Positions 7,445 through 15,855 of a DNA stretch of 25,144 nucleotides are shown here, piece after piece. Made by a program: the position numbers and the translations under genes. A model generated the notes under the pieces. It saw only the letters and a program-made list of their open reading frames with translations, was not told where the DNA came from and made no database searches. Each line of letters opens with the position of its first letter. Position 1 is the stretch's first letter. Origin of the DNA: a virus (lineage: Duplodnaviria; Caudoviricetes); IMG/VR virus record IMGVR_UViG_3300011335_000381, positions 1 to 25,144 of that record; one strand, written 5' to 3'.

Positions 7445-8686
7445 ATGGCTGACGTCAAGATTTCTGCCCTTCCTGCTGCAACTACGCCCCTCGCAGGGAC
7501 GGAGGTGCTGCCGATTGTGCAGAGCGGCACTACCGACCAGGTTAGCGTTGCCAATCTGACGGCTGGCCGCACGGTCAACGGCGCGGCGTTCACCGCCTCC
7601 GGTACGGTGTCGGGCGCTACGGTCACCGCCTCCGGTACGGTGTCGGGCGCTACGGTTACCGCAACTGGCGCGGTGTCGGGCGCTACAGCTGTTGTGGGCG
7701 CAGGGTCTGCGGCGGCTCCGTCTATTAGCCCGACGGGCGACAGCAACACGGGCATCTACTTTCCGGCGGCCGATACCATCGCTTTTGCAGAGGGCGGTGT
7801 TGAAACGCTGCGCCTTGACGCAAACAGCAATGCGATCTTTACCGGCACCACCGTGATGGGGAGCAGCTTTCAGCGGAACCGGCTCATCAACGGCAATATG
7901 TACATAGCCCAGCGGGCAACGTCGGCTACCGTGACGGCGGGTACGGGCGTGCCTACGGCCAGTACAGGCTACCCCTGCGTAGACCGCTTTTTTGTCTACA
8001 GCACGGGCGCGAACGTCACGGCAGCGCAAGTGTCGGGTTCCGGTGCAAATCGCAACCTGCTTCGCATCACAGGCGCCGCTTCCGTCACGGCAGTTGGGAT
8101 CGGCCAGCGCATTGAGGCCGTCAACAGCATCGACCTCGCAGGCCAGACCTGCACGCTGTCGGTTGATCTTGCCAACTCGCTCCTGACGACGGTGACGTGG
8201 ACGGCAAACTACGCCACGACCGCGGACACTTTCGGCACCATCGGCACGCCGACCAAGACGCAGATTGCTACTGGCACCTTTACGGTCACCAGCACGCTGA
8301 CGCGCTATTCCGTCAACATCGCGGTGCCCGCCGCCGCAACGACGGGGGTTGAGATCCTGTTCACGGTGGGCGCGCAGACCAGCGGAACCTGGGATGTGGG
8401 CAATGTTCAGCTTGAGGTCGGCTCTGTCGCCACGCCGTTCGAGCGCAGACAGTTTGGGCAGGAACTGGCGCTGTGCCAGAGGTACTACGGCACAGCCACA
8501 TCGCAAATTGTAGCGGCAGCCACTAGCCCCGCTAAGGGGATTTTCTTTAAATCTTCTATGAGAACGGCAGCAACTATTGCAGGTGGTGGGGCTGGATTTT
8601 CGGTAATTAACTCGACTACTGAGGGTTTTGATTGCGCGCAAACAACCAACGCAAACCAGACGCTAACCTTCAGCGCGGAACTCTAA
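7445..8686 (+). CDS. Fibre / receptor-binding protein (head or accessory fibre)
   Basis: N-terminal MADVKISALPAA, 11-aa repeats, fibre motif GSAAAPSI...DSNTGIYFP, and a carbohydrate-binding-like domain bounded by RNRLINGNM and QLEVGSVATPFE...ELALCQRYY. Confidence 0.85.
   Translation: MADVKISALPAATTPLAGTEVLPIVQSGTTDQVSVANLTAGRTVNGAAFTASGTVSGATVTASGTVSGATVTATGAVSGATAVVGAGSAAAPSISPTGDSNTGIYFPAADTIAFAEGGVETLRLDANSNAIFTGTTVMGSSFQRNRLINGNMYIAQRATSATVTAGTGVPTASTGYPCVDRFFVYSTGANVTAAQVSGSGANRNLLRITGAASVTAVGIGQRIEAVNSIDLAGQTCTLSVDLANSLLTTVTWTANYATTADTFGTIGTPTKTQIATGTFTVTSTLTRYSVNIAVPAAATTGVEILFTVGAQTSGTWDVGNVQLEVGSVATPFERRQFGQELALCQRYYGTATSQIVAAATSPAKGIFFKSSMRTAATIAGGGAGFSVINSTTEGFDCAQTTNANQTLTFSAEL
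7591..7689 (+). repeat. 33-bp tandem repeat x3 within the fibre gene
   Basis: CACCGCCTCCGGTACGGTGTCGGGCGCTACGGT is exact at 7591 and 7624, with a diverged third copy at 7657. Encodes TASGTVSGATV. Confidence 0.95.
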
Positions 8687-8689
8687 GCC

Positions 8690-8869
8690 ATGTACACCAA
8701 CGCCCAGTACTACAACGACCCGCTCACAGGCGACCTCGCCGGCACCCGCGTGGACATCAACGGCGTGACCTCGTTCGTGCCGCTTGACCCCGCGAACAGC
8801 GACTATGCCGCAATCATGGCCCTGGTCGCTGCTGGTGAACTCACCATCGCGCCGGCCGAGCCCGGCTAA
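8690..8869 (+). CDS. Small fibre-associated protein / assembly chaperone (59 aa)
   Basis: MYTNAQYYNDPLTGDLAGTRVDINGVTSFVPLDPANSDYAAIMALVAAGELTIAPAEPG. The P.DP.N.DY motif is typical of small genes following fibres. Confidence 0.75.
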   Translation: MYTNAQYYNDPLTGDLAGTRVDINGVTSFVPLDPANSDYAAIMALVAAGELTIAPAEPG

Positions 8870-8874
8870 GATTT

Positions 8875-8927
8875 TCGGCCGGCAGAAAGCTGCCGGCCGA
8901 CATCCGTACTGGTGCGGTTCACCAGGG
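8875..8927 (+). promoter_or_regulatory. Structured leader upstream of the scaffold gene (hairpin plus possible pseudoknot)
   Basis: Perfect 11-bp stem TCGGCCGGCAG-aaag-CTGCCGGCCGA (8875-8900), then CTGGTG/CACCAG (8909-8925) with CCG/CGG cross-pairing. Confidence 0.55.
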
Positions 8928-8943
8928 ATCGTAAGGATCGAAC

Positions 8944-9729
8944 ATGTCTACCGAAGCTACCGAGTCCCTAGCGGAAGTGACCGCGCCGGAACAGGCCGCC
9001 ACGGCGGCGCCTGCGCCCGATGTTTCCACGCCGGCTGAACAGACTACCGAAGCGTCCAAGACCTTCTCGCAGGAGGAACTGGACGCGATTGTTAGCAAGC
9101 GCCTTGCCCGCGAACAGCGAAAGTGGGAGCGTGAGCAGGCCCAAAAGCTGGCCGAACTGGAGGCGAAGCGGGCACCGCCCGCCAATCCCCCGGCGCCTGA
9201 CGACTTTGACAACGCTGCCAAGTACGCAGAGGCCCTGGCCGAGCAGAAAGCGCAGCAGCTTGTTCAACAGCGTGAGGCGGCCCAGCAGCAGGCCCGATTG
9301 GTCGAAGCCTACCACGAAAAGGAGGAGGAGGCCCGCGGCAAGTACGACGACTTTGAACAGGTCGCGTACAACCCGAACCTCCCCGTCACGGACGTGATGG
9401 CCCAGTCAATCCAGGCTTCGGACGTTGGCCCCGACATCATCTACTTCCTGGGGTCCAATCCGAAGGAGTCTGCGCGCATTGCAAGCCTTTCGCCTATTTT
9501 GCAGGCCAAGGAGATCGGCAAGATTGAGGCCAAGATGGCTTCCAATCCGCCGGTTAGGAAAACATCAACCGCTCCGGCTCCCATTGCTCCGGTGACGGCT
9601 CGTTCGACGTCTACGCCTGGCTACGACACGACGGACCCTCGGTCTGTCAAAAGCATGTCTACGTCGGAGTGGATTGAGGCCGAGCGCCTGCGCCAGATCA
9701 AAAAATGGGAAGCCACCCGCAACCGATAA
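8944..9729 (+). CDS. Capsid scaffolding protein
   Basis: Acidic, flexible N-terminus, KTFSQEELDAIVSKRLARE, coiled-coil character, directly upstream of the coat gene. Confidence 0.85.
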   Translation: MSTEATESLAEVTAPEQAATAAPAPDVSTPAEQTTEASKTFSQEELDAIVSKRLAREQRKWEREQAQKLAELEAKRAPPANPPAPDDFDNAAKYAEALAEQKAQQLVQQREAAQQQARLVEAYHEKEEEARGKYDDFEQVAYNPNLPVTDVMAQSIQASDVGPDIIYFLGSNPKESARIASLSPILQAKEIGKIEAKMASNPPVRKTSTAPAPIAPVTARSTSTPGYDTTDPRSVKSMSTSEWIEAERLRQIKKWEATRNR

Positions 9730-9741
9730 GGATGCTTTGCG

Positions 9742-10950
9742 ATGGCAAACTCGCTTCTTACTATCGACATGATCACCAGGAAGGCCCTGGAGATCCTTGA
9801 GAACAACCTCGTCCTCACCCGCAACGTCAACCGCCAGTACGACGACAGCTTTGCCGTCGAAGGCGCGAAGATCGGCTCCACCCTCCGCATCCGTCTGCCG
9901 GACCGCGCGTTGGTGACCGATGGTGCGGCGCTCCAGGTGCAGGACGACAACGAGCAGTTCACCACGCTGACGGTTTCCAGCCAGAAGCACATTGGTGTGA
10001 ACTTCACGTCGGCCGAACTGACCATGCAGTTGGACGACTTCGCAGAGCGCGTGCTGAAGCCGCGTATTTCGCAGCTTGCCTCCAGCATCGACGCTGACGT
10101 GGCGAACGCCTACAAGTCGATCTTCCAGTCGGTCGGCACGCCGGGCACCACGCCTGCGTCTTCGCTGGTGCTGCTCCAGGGCCAGCAGAAGCTGAACGAG
10201 GCCGCTGCCGTCATGTCGCCGCGCTACGCGACCGTGAACCCGGCGGCGAACGCTGGCCTTGTTGAAGGCATGAAGGGCCTGTTTAACCCGACCGACACCA
10301 TCAGCCGCCAGTTCAAGAACGGCATGATGGGTGTGGGCGTGCTGGGCTACGACGAGATCAACATGTCTCAGTCGATCAAGCAGCACACGACCGGCTCGCG
10401 CGCGGCTACCGGCGCTACGGTGAACGGCAACGTGGTGGAAGGTGCCTCGCAGATCGTGCTGGCCAGCGCGGGCAACACGCTGACCTTCCTCGTTGGCGAC
10501 GTCTTCACCATCGCTGACTGCTTCGCCGTGAACCCGCAGACCCGCGAGTCCACTGGCGCTCTCCAGCAGTTCGTCGTGACCGAAGCCGCGACGTCCTCGG
10601 CTGGCGGTGCGGTGACGCTGAAGGTGTCCCCGGCGCTGTACTCCCCGACCAACGCGCTGGCGACCGTCAGCACGCTGACCATCACCGGCAAGGCGGTCAC
10701 GTTCCTCGGCGCTGCGTCCACGCAGTACCCGCAGAACCTGATCTACCACAAGGACGCCATTTCCTTCGCCACCGCGGATCTGCTGCTGCCGCAGGGTGTC
10801 GATATGGCCTCCCGCCAGGTTCACAACGGCATCTCGCTGCGTGTTGTGCGCCAGTACGACATCAACAACGACCGCCTGCCTTGCCGTATCGACGTGCTGT
10901 ATGGCTTCAACACCATCCGCCCGCCGATGGCCGTGCGGCTCTGGGGCTAA
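9742..10950 (+). CDS. Major capsid protein, P22 coat (gp5) family
   Basis: 402 aa. MANSLLTIDMIT, KIGSTLRIRLP, insertion-domain GDVFTIA and C-terminal CRIDVLYG, with strong codon bias. Confidence 0.93.
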   Translation: MANSLLTIDMITRKALEILENNLVLTRNVNRQYDDSFAVEGAKIGSTLRIRLPDRALVTDGAALQVQDDNEQFTTLTVSSQKHIGVNFTSAELTMQLDDFAERVLKPRISQLASSIDADVANAYKSIFQSVGTPGTTPASSLVLLQGQQKLNEAAAVMSPRYATVNPAANAGLVEGMKGLFNPTDTISRQFKNGMMGVGVLGYDEINMSQSIKQHTTGSRAATGATVNGNVVEGASQIVLASAGNTLTFLVGDVFTIADCFAVNPQTRESTGALQQFVVTEAATSSAGGAVTLKVSPALYSPTNALATVSTLTITGKAVTFLGAASTQYPQNLIYHKDAISFATADLLLPQGVDMASRQVHNGISLRVVRQYDINNDRLPCRIDVLYGFNTIRPPMAVRLWG

Positions 10951-10974
10951 GGCAGAGAGAAGGAGAACACGACC

Positions 10975-11391
10975 ATGGCAATTCCGAACGGTGGTGGTGG
11001 CTACCAGATCGGTGACGGCAACCTCAATGAGCCGCTCATCGACGCACTCCCGGAACCCGTCTCCGTCACTACGGCGGCGACCCTGACCGCAGCGCAGGTG
11101 CTGAACGGGCTGATCCTGGCGAACTCCGGGATCACCGCCGCGTCCGTCACCTACACGCTGCCGACGGTGGCGGATCTGGAACTTACCCTGTCCAACTCGG
11201 ACAAGGTGGGTACGTCGTTTACCTTCCGTCTGGTGAACCTCGGCACGTCCTCGGCCACGGCGATCATCGCCACCAACACCGGCTGGACGATCACGGGTTC
11301 GCTGACGATGACGGTCCCGGTCACGACCGGCGCCCAGTTCGTCGCCCGCAAGTCCGCGGCCGGCGCCTGGACCCTTTACCGCGTCGTGTAA
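10975..11391 (+). CDS. Probable capsid decoration / cement protein
   Basis: Strong AAGGAG RBS, same codon bias as the coat gene, ATLTAAQVLNGLI...YTLPT pattern, located between the coat gene and a terminator. Confidence 0.7.
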   Translation: MAIPNGGGGYQIGDGNLNEPLIDALPEPVSVTTAATLTAAQVLNGLILANSGITAASVTYTLPTVADLELTLSNSDKVGTSFTFRLVNLGTSSATAIIATNTGWTITGSLTMTVPVTTGAQFVARKSAAGAWTLYRVV

Positions 11392-11397
11392 TGTACC

Positions 11398-11430
11398 CGG
11401 CCCCCTGCTTTGGCAGGGGGCCGACCTTTT
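11398..11430 (+). terminator. Probable intrinsic terminator/attenuator after the head genes
   Basis: CGGCCCCCTGC-tttg-GCAGGGGGCCG 11-bp stem followed by ACCTTTT (weak, offset U-tract). Confidence 0.65.
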
Positions 11431-11439
11431 GAGGCTCAC

Positions 11440-11661
11440 ATGCCCGTCATTTACCTTGAACACCCTCGGCATGGCGTTAAGGTCGCTTTCATGGACCTTG
11501 AGGCCCAGCAGGACGAGGAGAACGGTTGGTCGCGCATCGCGCCGCCGGGCTCTGACGAGGCGCCTGCCGTCAATATGCTGGCACGCGACATTGATGGTGG
11601 TACAATGACTGCTGAGACGCCCCGCCGCCGTGGGCGCCCTCGCACGGTTAAGGACGACTGA
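11440..11661 (+). CDS. Small protein (73 aa) with C-terminal AT-hook-like motif
   Basis: GAGG RBS and ATG at 11440. Ends PRRRGRPRTVKDD. Confidence 0.75.
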   Translation: MPVIYLEHPRHGVKVAFMDLEAQQDEENGWSRIAPPGSDEAPAVNMLARDIDGGTMTAETPRRRGRPRTVKDD

Positions 11662-11662
11662 C

Positions 11663-12373
11663 ATGACGACGGCCGCCGAGCTTATCAACGGATCTCTCCG
11701 GCTCCTCGGCGTGCTGGCGGAAGGCGAAACGCCTTCTGCGGAAACGGCGCAAGATGCGCTTAACGCCATGAACCAGATGATCGACAGTTGGAACACGGAA
11801 CGCCTGTCCGTGTTTTCTACGATTGATCAAGTTGAGACGTGGCCGCCCGGCGCGCGGTTTCGCACCTTCGGCCCGACCGGCGACATCGTTGGCGACCGCC
11901 CCATTCTGGTCGAGGACAGCACCTACTTCCGCGACCCGGCGACCGGCATCTCCTACGGCCTCAAGCTGATCAATCAGCAGCAGTACAACGGCATTGCGGT
12001 AAAGACCGTGACCAGCACCTACCCCCAGGTGCTGTGGATCAACATGACCTACCCAAACATCGAGATGTACGTCTATCCGGTGCCGACGAAGGTGCTGGAG
12101 TTTCACATCGTCTCGGTCGAGCCGTTGTCCAAGCCCGCCAATCTGGCCACCGACCTGACCTTCCCACCGGGCTATCTTCGCGCCTTCCGCTACAATCTGG
12201 CCTGCGAGATGGCGCCCGAGTTCGGTGTTGAACCGTCGTTCCAAGTGTCGCGCATCGCCATGACGTCGAAGCGCAACCTCAAGCGGATCAATAACCCGGA
12301 TGACGTGATGGCGCTGCCGTACAGCATCGTTGGCACTCGACAGAGGTTTAATATTTTTGCAGGTAACTACTAG
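11663..12373 (+). CDS. Head-to-tail adaptor, P22 gp4-like
   Basis: MTTAAELINGSLRLLGVLA...DALNAMNQMIDSW and YNLACEMAPEFG motifs, located after the head genes. Confidence 0.8.
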   Translation: MTTAAELINGSLRLLGVLAEGETPSAETAQDALNAMNQMIDSWNTERLSVFSTIDQVETWPPGARFRTFGPTGDIVGDRPILVEDSTYFRDPATGISYGLKLINQQQYNGIAVKTVTSTYPQVLWINMTYPNIEMYVYPVPTKVLEFHIVSVEPLSKPANLATDLTFPPGYLRAFRYNLACEMAPEFGVEPSFQVSRIAMTSKRNLKRINNPDDVMALPYSIVGTRQRFNIFAGNY

Positions 12374-12386
12374 GAATGTTTAAGGC

Positions 12387-13934
12387 ATGAAGACGCCGAT
12401 CCTAGGCAGTTCCTATGTAGCCCGCAGCGTCAACGCTGCGGACAGCCGCATGGTGAACCTCTTTCCCGAGGTCGTCCCCGAAGGCGGCAAGGAGCCGGCG
12501 TTTCTTCAGCGGGCGCCGGGGCTCCGGCGGCTGGCGACGGTAGGGATAGGCCCCATCCGCGGGCTGTGGCAGATGGGCGTGTACGGCTACGTCGTGTCGG
12601 GCAACACGTTCTACCGCGTCGATACAAGCTGGAACATCACGACCATTGGGACGGTTGCGAACACTGGCCCGGTGTCGATGGCCGACAACGGCACGCAGAT
12701 CTTCATCGCCGCCAACGGCCCCAGCTACATCTACAACACGCTGACAACCGTCTTTCAGCAGATCACCGACATCGACTTTCCTGGCGCGGTGACCGTCGGC
12801 TACCTCGACGGCTACTTCGTGTTCAACGAGCCGAATAGCCAGAAGATTTGGGTGACAAGCCTGCTGGAAGGCACGCAGGTTGACCCGCTCGACTTCGCCA
12901 GCGCCGAGGGTTCGCCCGACGGCCTCCTTTCGCTGATCGTCAGCAACCGCGAAGTCTGGCTGTTCGGCACCAACTCAACCGAGGTTTGGTACAACGCCGG
13001 CACCGCCGACTTCCCGCTCCAGCGCATCCAGGGCGCCTTCAACGAGGTCGGCTGCGCGGCACCCTTCTCTGTCGCCAAGATGGACAACGGCGTCTTTTGG
13101 CTGGGCGCGGACACCCGCGGTCGCGGCATCGTCTATCGCACCAATGGCTACCAAGCCGTTCGCATTTCGACCCACGCCGTCGAGTGGCATATCCAGCAGT
13201 ACGGCAACCTGTCGGACGCTATTGCCTACACCTACCAGCAAGACGGCCACTCGTTCTATGTGCTGATCTTCCCGCAGGCTGACACGACCTGGGTCTACGA
13301 CGTGGCTACTCAGGCGTGGCATGAGCGCGCCGGCTGGGACAACGGCGACTACACCCGCCACCGCAGCAACTGCCAGATGGCTTTCAACAGCGAAGTCGTC
13401 GTGGGCGATTACCAGAACGGCAAACTCTACGCCTTCGATCTTGACGTCTACTCTGACGACGGCGCGGTGCAGCGGTGGCTGCGCTCCTGGCGCGCCCTGC
13501 CGACCGGCGCGAACACGCTGAAGCGCACGACCCACTACGCCCTGCAACTCGACTGCGAGACAGGCGTAGGTCTGGACCAGCCGCCGGACTCAATCGACAC
13601 CTACTTGTCGGAGGTGCTGGTTGGTGCGCTTCTCACCGAGTCTGGCGACCGCCTTCTGACCGAGAGCGGCGACGTCATCTACGCCACCTACTCACCCCTA
13701 GCCACCATGATACCAAGAGTTATGCTGCGTTGGTCGGACAATGGCGGCCACACTTGGTCCAACGAACATTGGAAGTCGATGGGCCGGATTGGCCAGTTTG
13801 GCTTCCGCACCATCTGGCGCCGCCTCGGCATGACCTTGGAGATCCGCGACCGGGTGTACGAGGTGTCCGGCACCGACCCCGTGAAGATCGCCATTATGGG
13901 CGCCGAACTGGCGATCAGCCCGACCAATGCCTAG
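12387..13934 (+). CDS. Tail hub / DNA-stabilisation protein, P22 gp10-like
   Basis: 515 aa with a beta-propeller-like pattern (FASAEGSPD, TEVWYNAG, YQQDGHSFYVL, LRWSDNGGHTWS). Follows the gp4-like gene. Confidence 0.88.
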   Translation: MKTPILGSSYVARSVNAADSRMVNLFPEVVPEGGKEPAFLQRAPGLRRLATVGIGPIRGLWQMGVYGYVVSGNTFYRVDTSWNITTIGTVANTGPVSMADNGTQIFIAANGPSYIYNTLTTVFQQITDIDFPGAVTVGYLDGYFVFNEPNSQKIWVTSLLEGTQVDPLDFASAEGSPDGLLSLIVSNREVWLFGTNSTEVWYNAGTADFPLQRIQGAFNEVGCAAPFSVAKMDNGVFWLGADTRGRGIVYRTNGYQAVRISTHAVEWHIQQYGNLSDAIAYTYQQDGHSFYVLIFPQADTTWVYDVATQAWHERAGWDNGDYTRHRSNCQMAFNSEVVVGDYQNGKLYAFDLDVYSDDGAVQRWLRSWRALPTGANTLKRTTHYALQLDCETGVGLDQPPDSIDTYLSEVLVGALLTESGDRLLTESGDVIYATYSPLATMIPRVMLRWSDNGGHTWSNEHWKSMGRIGQFGFRTIWRRLGMTLEIRDRVYEVSGTDPVKIAIMGAELAISPTNA

Positions 13935-14484
13935 CGTCCTCAACGTCACCAACCTCCCCGCGCCTCGCGTCTCCGTCATCGACGGCAACACGGGGCTGAT
14001 GACGCGCGAGTGGTATCGCTTCTTCTTTAACCTGTTCGTCCTCACGGGCAGCGGATCAAACACCGAGTCCCTCCAGGACGTGCAGATCGGTCCTCCGTCG
14101 GCCGACCCGTCCGTGTTTCTAACGGCGCTGCAAGACGCGGCGCTTAACCCTCCTGGCGGCTACAGCGACGACACCAACTTCGTGCTGTCGAAGGCCATTG
14201 AGAGCCTTGCCGTCGCGCCACCGCCTGCGGACGAGGTGCCAGGCTGGAACATCTTGCCCCGCGGCGCCACCGTCGGCGCATCACCCTTCACGTTCCAGAA
14301 CACGACCGGCCGTTCGGTCGATCTGATTGTGACGGGCGGCACGGTGTCGGCTATCGCCTTCTCCCGCGACAACGTAACTTTCTATGGCGTCGGGTCGGTG
14401 GCGGGGGTATTTTGGCTGTCGCCATACGACTATCTGCGTGTGACCTACACGGTCGCACCCACGATCACCCTGGTGCCGAGGTAG
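13927..14484 (+). CDS. Tail-associated protein (position of tail needle/plug)
   Basis: Overlaps the gp10-like stop. N-terminal PAPRV...MTREWYRFF and a beta-rich C-terminus. Function inferred from synteny only. Confidence 0.65.
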   Translation: MPSVLNVTNLPAPRVSVIDGNTGLMTREWYRFFFNLFVLTGSGSNTESLQDVQIGPPSADPSVFLTALQDAALNPPGGYSDDTNFVLSKAIESLAVAPPPADEVPGWNILPRGATVGASPFTFQNTTGRSVDLIVTGGTVSAIAFSRDNVTFYGVGSVAGVFWLSPYDYLRVTYTVAPTITLVPR

Positions 14485-14487
14485 CTC

Positions 14488-15606
14488 ATGCCCGTCGTTA
14501 TCTCGCTTTTTGCAGGTGTCGGGGCGCAGTTCTTCGACAACAACGGCGACCCTTTGACGGGCGGCCTCGTCTATACTTACGCCGCCGGCACCACGACGCC
14601 GCTCGCGACGTACACGACGTCGGCCGGCACCGCCGCCCACACCAACCCAATCGTCCTAGACGCCGCAGGCCGCGTCAATGAGATTTGGCTTGATAGCGCC
14701 AGCACATACAAGTTTTTGGTCCAGACCTCGCTCGGCGTCACGATTGCTACTTACGATAATGTGTATGGCGCTATTACGGTCAACTCTCCTACGTTCACGG
14801 GTAACGTCACTATTACTGGCGGTCTGAGCGTTGGCAACAACACGACTATTTCCGGTAATTTGGCGGTAACCGGCGACATAAGCGGCACTTGGAACGGCGG
14901 CATCATTCCCATCGCCAAGGGCGGTACGGGCGCATCTACGGACGTGACGGCGCGCACCAACCTTGGTGCCGCCGCGTCTGGCGCTGTTGGTTCGTCTGGC
15001 CTGACGATGAACACGGCGCGCCTGCTGGGCCGTTCGACGGCAAGCGTCGGCGCTATTGAAGAAATTACGATTGGTTCGGGCCTGTCGCTTTCCGCTGGTG
15101 AACTGTCGGTGCCGCCCGCCTCCGTTGTCCAGCTTCGCGAGCAACTGTTTACCTCTAGCTCGACATGGACCGCGCCAGCAGGCGTCACCCGCGCGCAGAT
15201 CATCGTGATTGGGGGAGGAGGCGGCGGCGCGGGCGCTAATACCTCGGGCTGCGGTAACGACGGTGGCACGGGCGGCGCAGGCGGGATGGGCGTCAACAAC
15301 GTAGCCGTCACGCCAGGCACGACCTACACCGTTACCGTCGGCACCGGGGGCGCTGGTGGGGCCGCCAATGTCAACGGATCTACCGGCGGCACAACGTCGT
15401 TTGGCGCGCTGATTTCGGCTACTGGTGGCGGTGGCGGCCTTACAAACGGCAGTAACGGGTCAGCCGGCGCTGCTTCTGGCAGCGCCGCGGCGTACTTCTA
15501 CACGTCGAATGGGCGGGGCGCCGGGGGTGCTGGTGGCTTAACTCCCAGCGGCAGCGGTTCCACGGGCGTCACGGGCGCCGCCTATGTTCAGTGGGTGGGA
15601 GCTTAA
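14488..15606 (+). CDS. Tail fibre/spike with virion-binding N-domain and glycine-rich C-domain
   Basis: QFFDNNGDPLTGGLVYTYAAGTTTP...NPIVLDAAGR N-terminus, IAKGGTGA..ARTNLG fibre motif, and FTSSSTWTAPAGVT...IGGGGGG glycine-rich domain. Confidence 0.85.
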   Translation: MPVVISLFAGVGAQFFDNNGDPLTGGLVYTYAAGTTTPLATYTTSAGTAAHTNPIVLDAAGRVNEIWLDSASTYKFLVQTSLGVTIATYDNVYGAITVNSPTFTGNVTITGGLSVGNNTTISGNLAVTGDISGTWNGGIIPIAKGGTGASTDVTARTNLGAAASGAVGSSGLTMNTARLLGRSTASVGAIEEITIGSGLSLSAGELSVPPASVVQLREQLFTSSSTWTAPAGVTRAQIIVIGGGGGGAGANTSGCGNDGGTGGAGGMGVNNVAVTPGTTYTVTVGTGGAGGAANVNGSTGGTTSFGALISATGGGGGLTNGSNGSAGAASGSAAAYFYTSNGRGAGGAGGLTPSGSGSTGVTGAAYVQWVGA

Positions 15607-15609
15607 GGC

Positions 15610-15855
15610 ATGTACGCTCTTATTTCACCAAACGAGAAGGTCACCGACTCGTCGGGCGCCGTTTTAGGCGACCGCGTAGCTGAAGTTGTCGTGACTGTTT
15701 TCCCGGTGACGAGCCCCCTGTTTTGGGTGGAGTGCGGCGGCGACGTGGTGGCGGATCAGTTCTACTGGTCCAATGGTAGCCTCTTTCCTGTGCCGCCTCC
15801 GCCTCCGCCCCCGCCTGTTGTGCTGCCCGAAGGCGGCGGCCCGGCCGTCCTCTGA
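15610..15855 (+). CDS. Small fibre-associated protein / chaperone with polyproline tail
   Basis: 81 aa directly after the fibre gene. LFWVEC motif and a PPPPPPPP tract. Confidence 0.7.
   Translation: MYALISPNEKVTDSSGAVLGDRVAEVVVTVFPVTSPLFWVECGGDVVADQFYWSNGSLFPVPPPPPPPPVVLPEGGGPAVL

Noticed and set aside
8485-8686. Diversity-generating retroelement variable region
   Set aside because: No template repeat or reverse transcriptase in the window. It cannot be excluded for the rest of the genome.
8875-8900. Intrinsic terminator
   Set aside because: No U-tract follows the stem on either strand, so it is treated as a structural leader element.
9565-11796. Long antisense ORFs (743 aa here, also 4681-6594, 1851-3068, 7370-8641, 17728-19395)
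   Set aside because: They mirror well-supported plus-strand genes with strong GC codon bias, have no recognisable motifs, and the 743-aa one simply tracks four in-frame genes.
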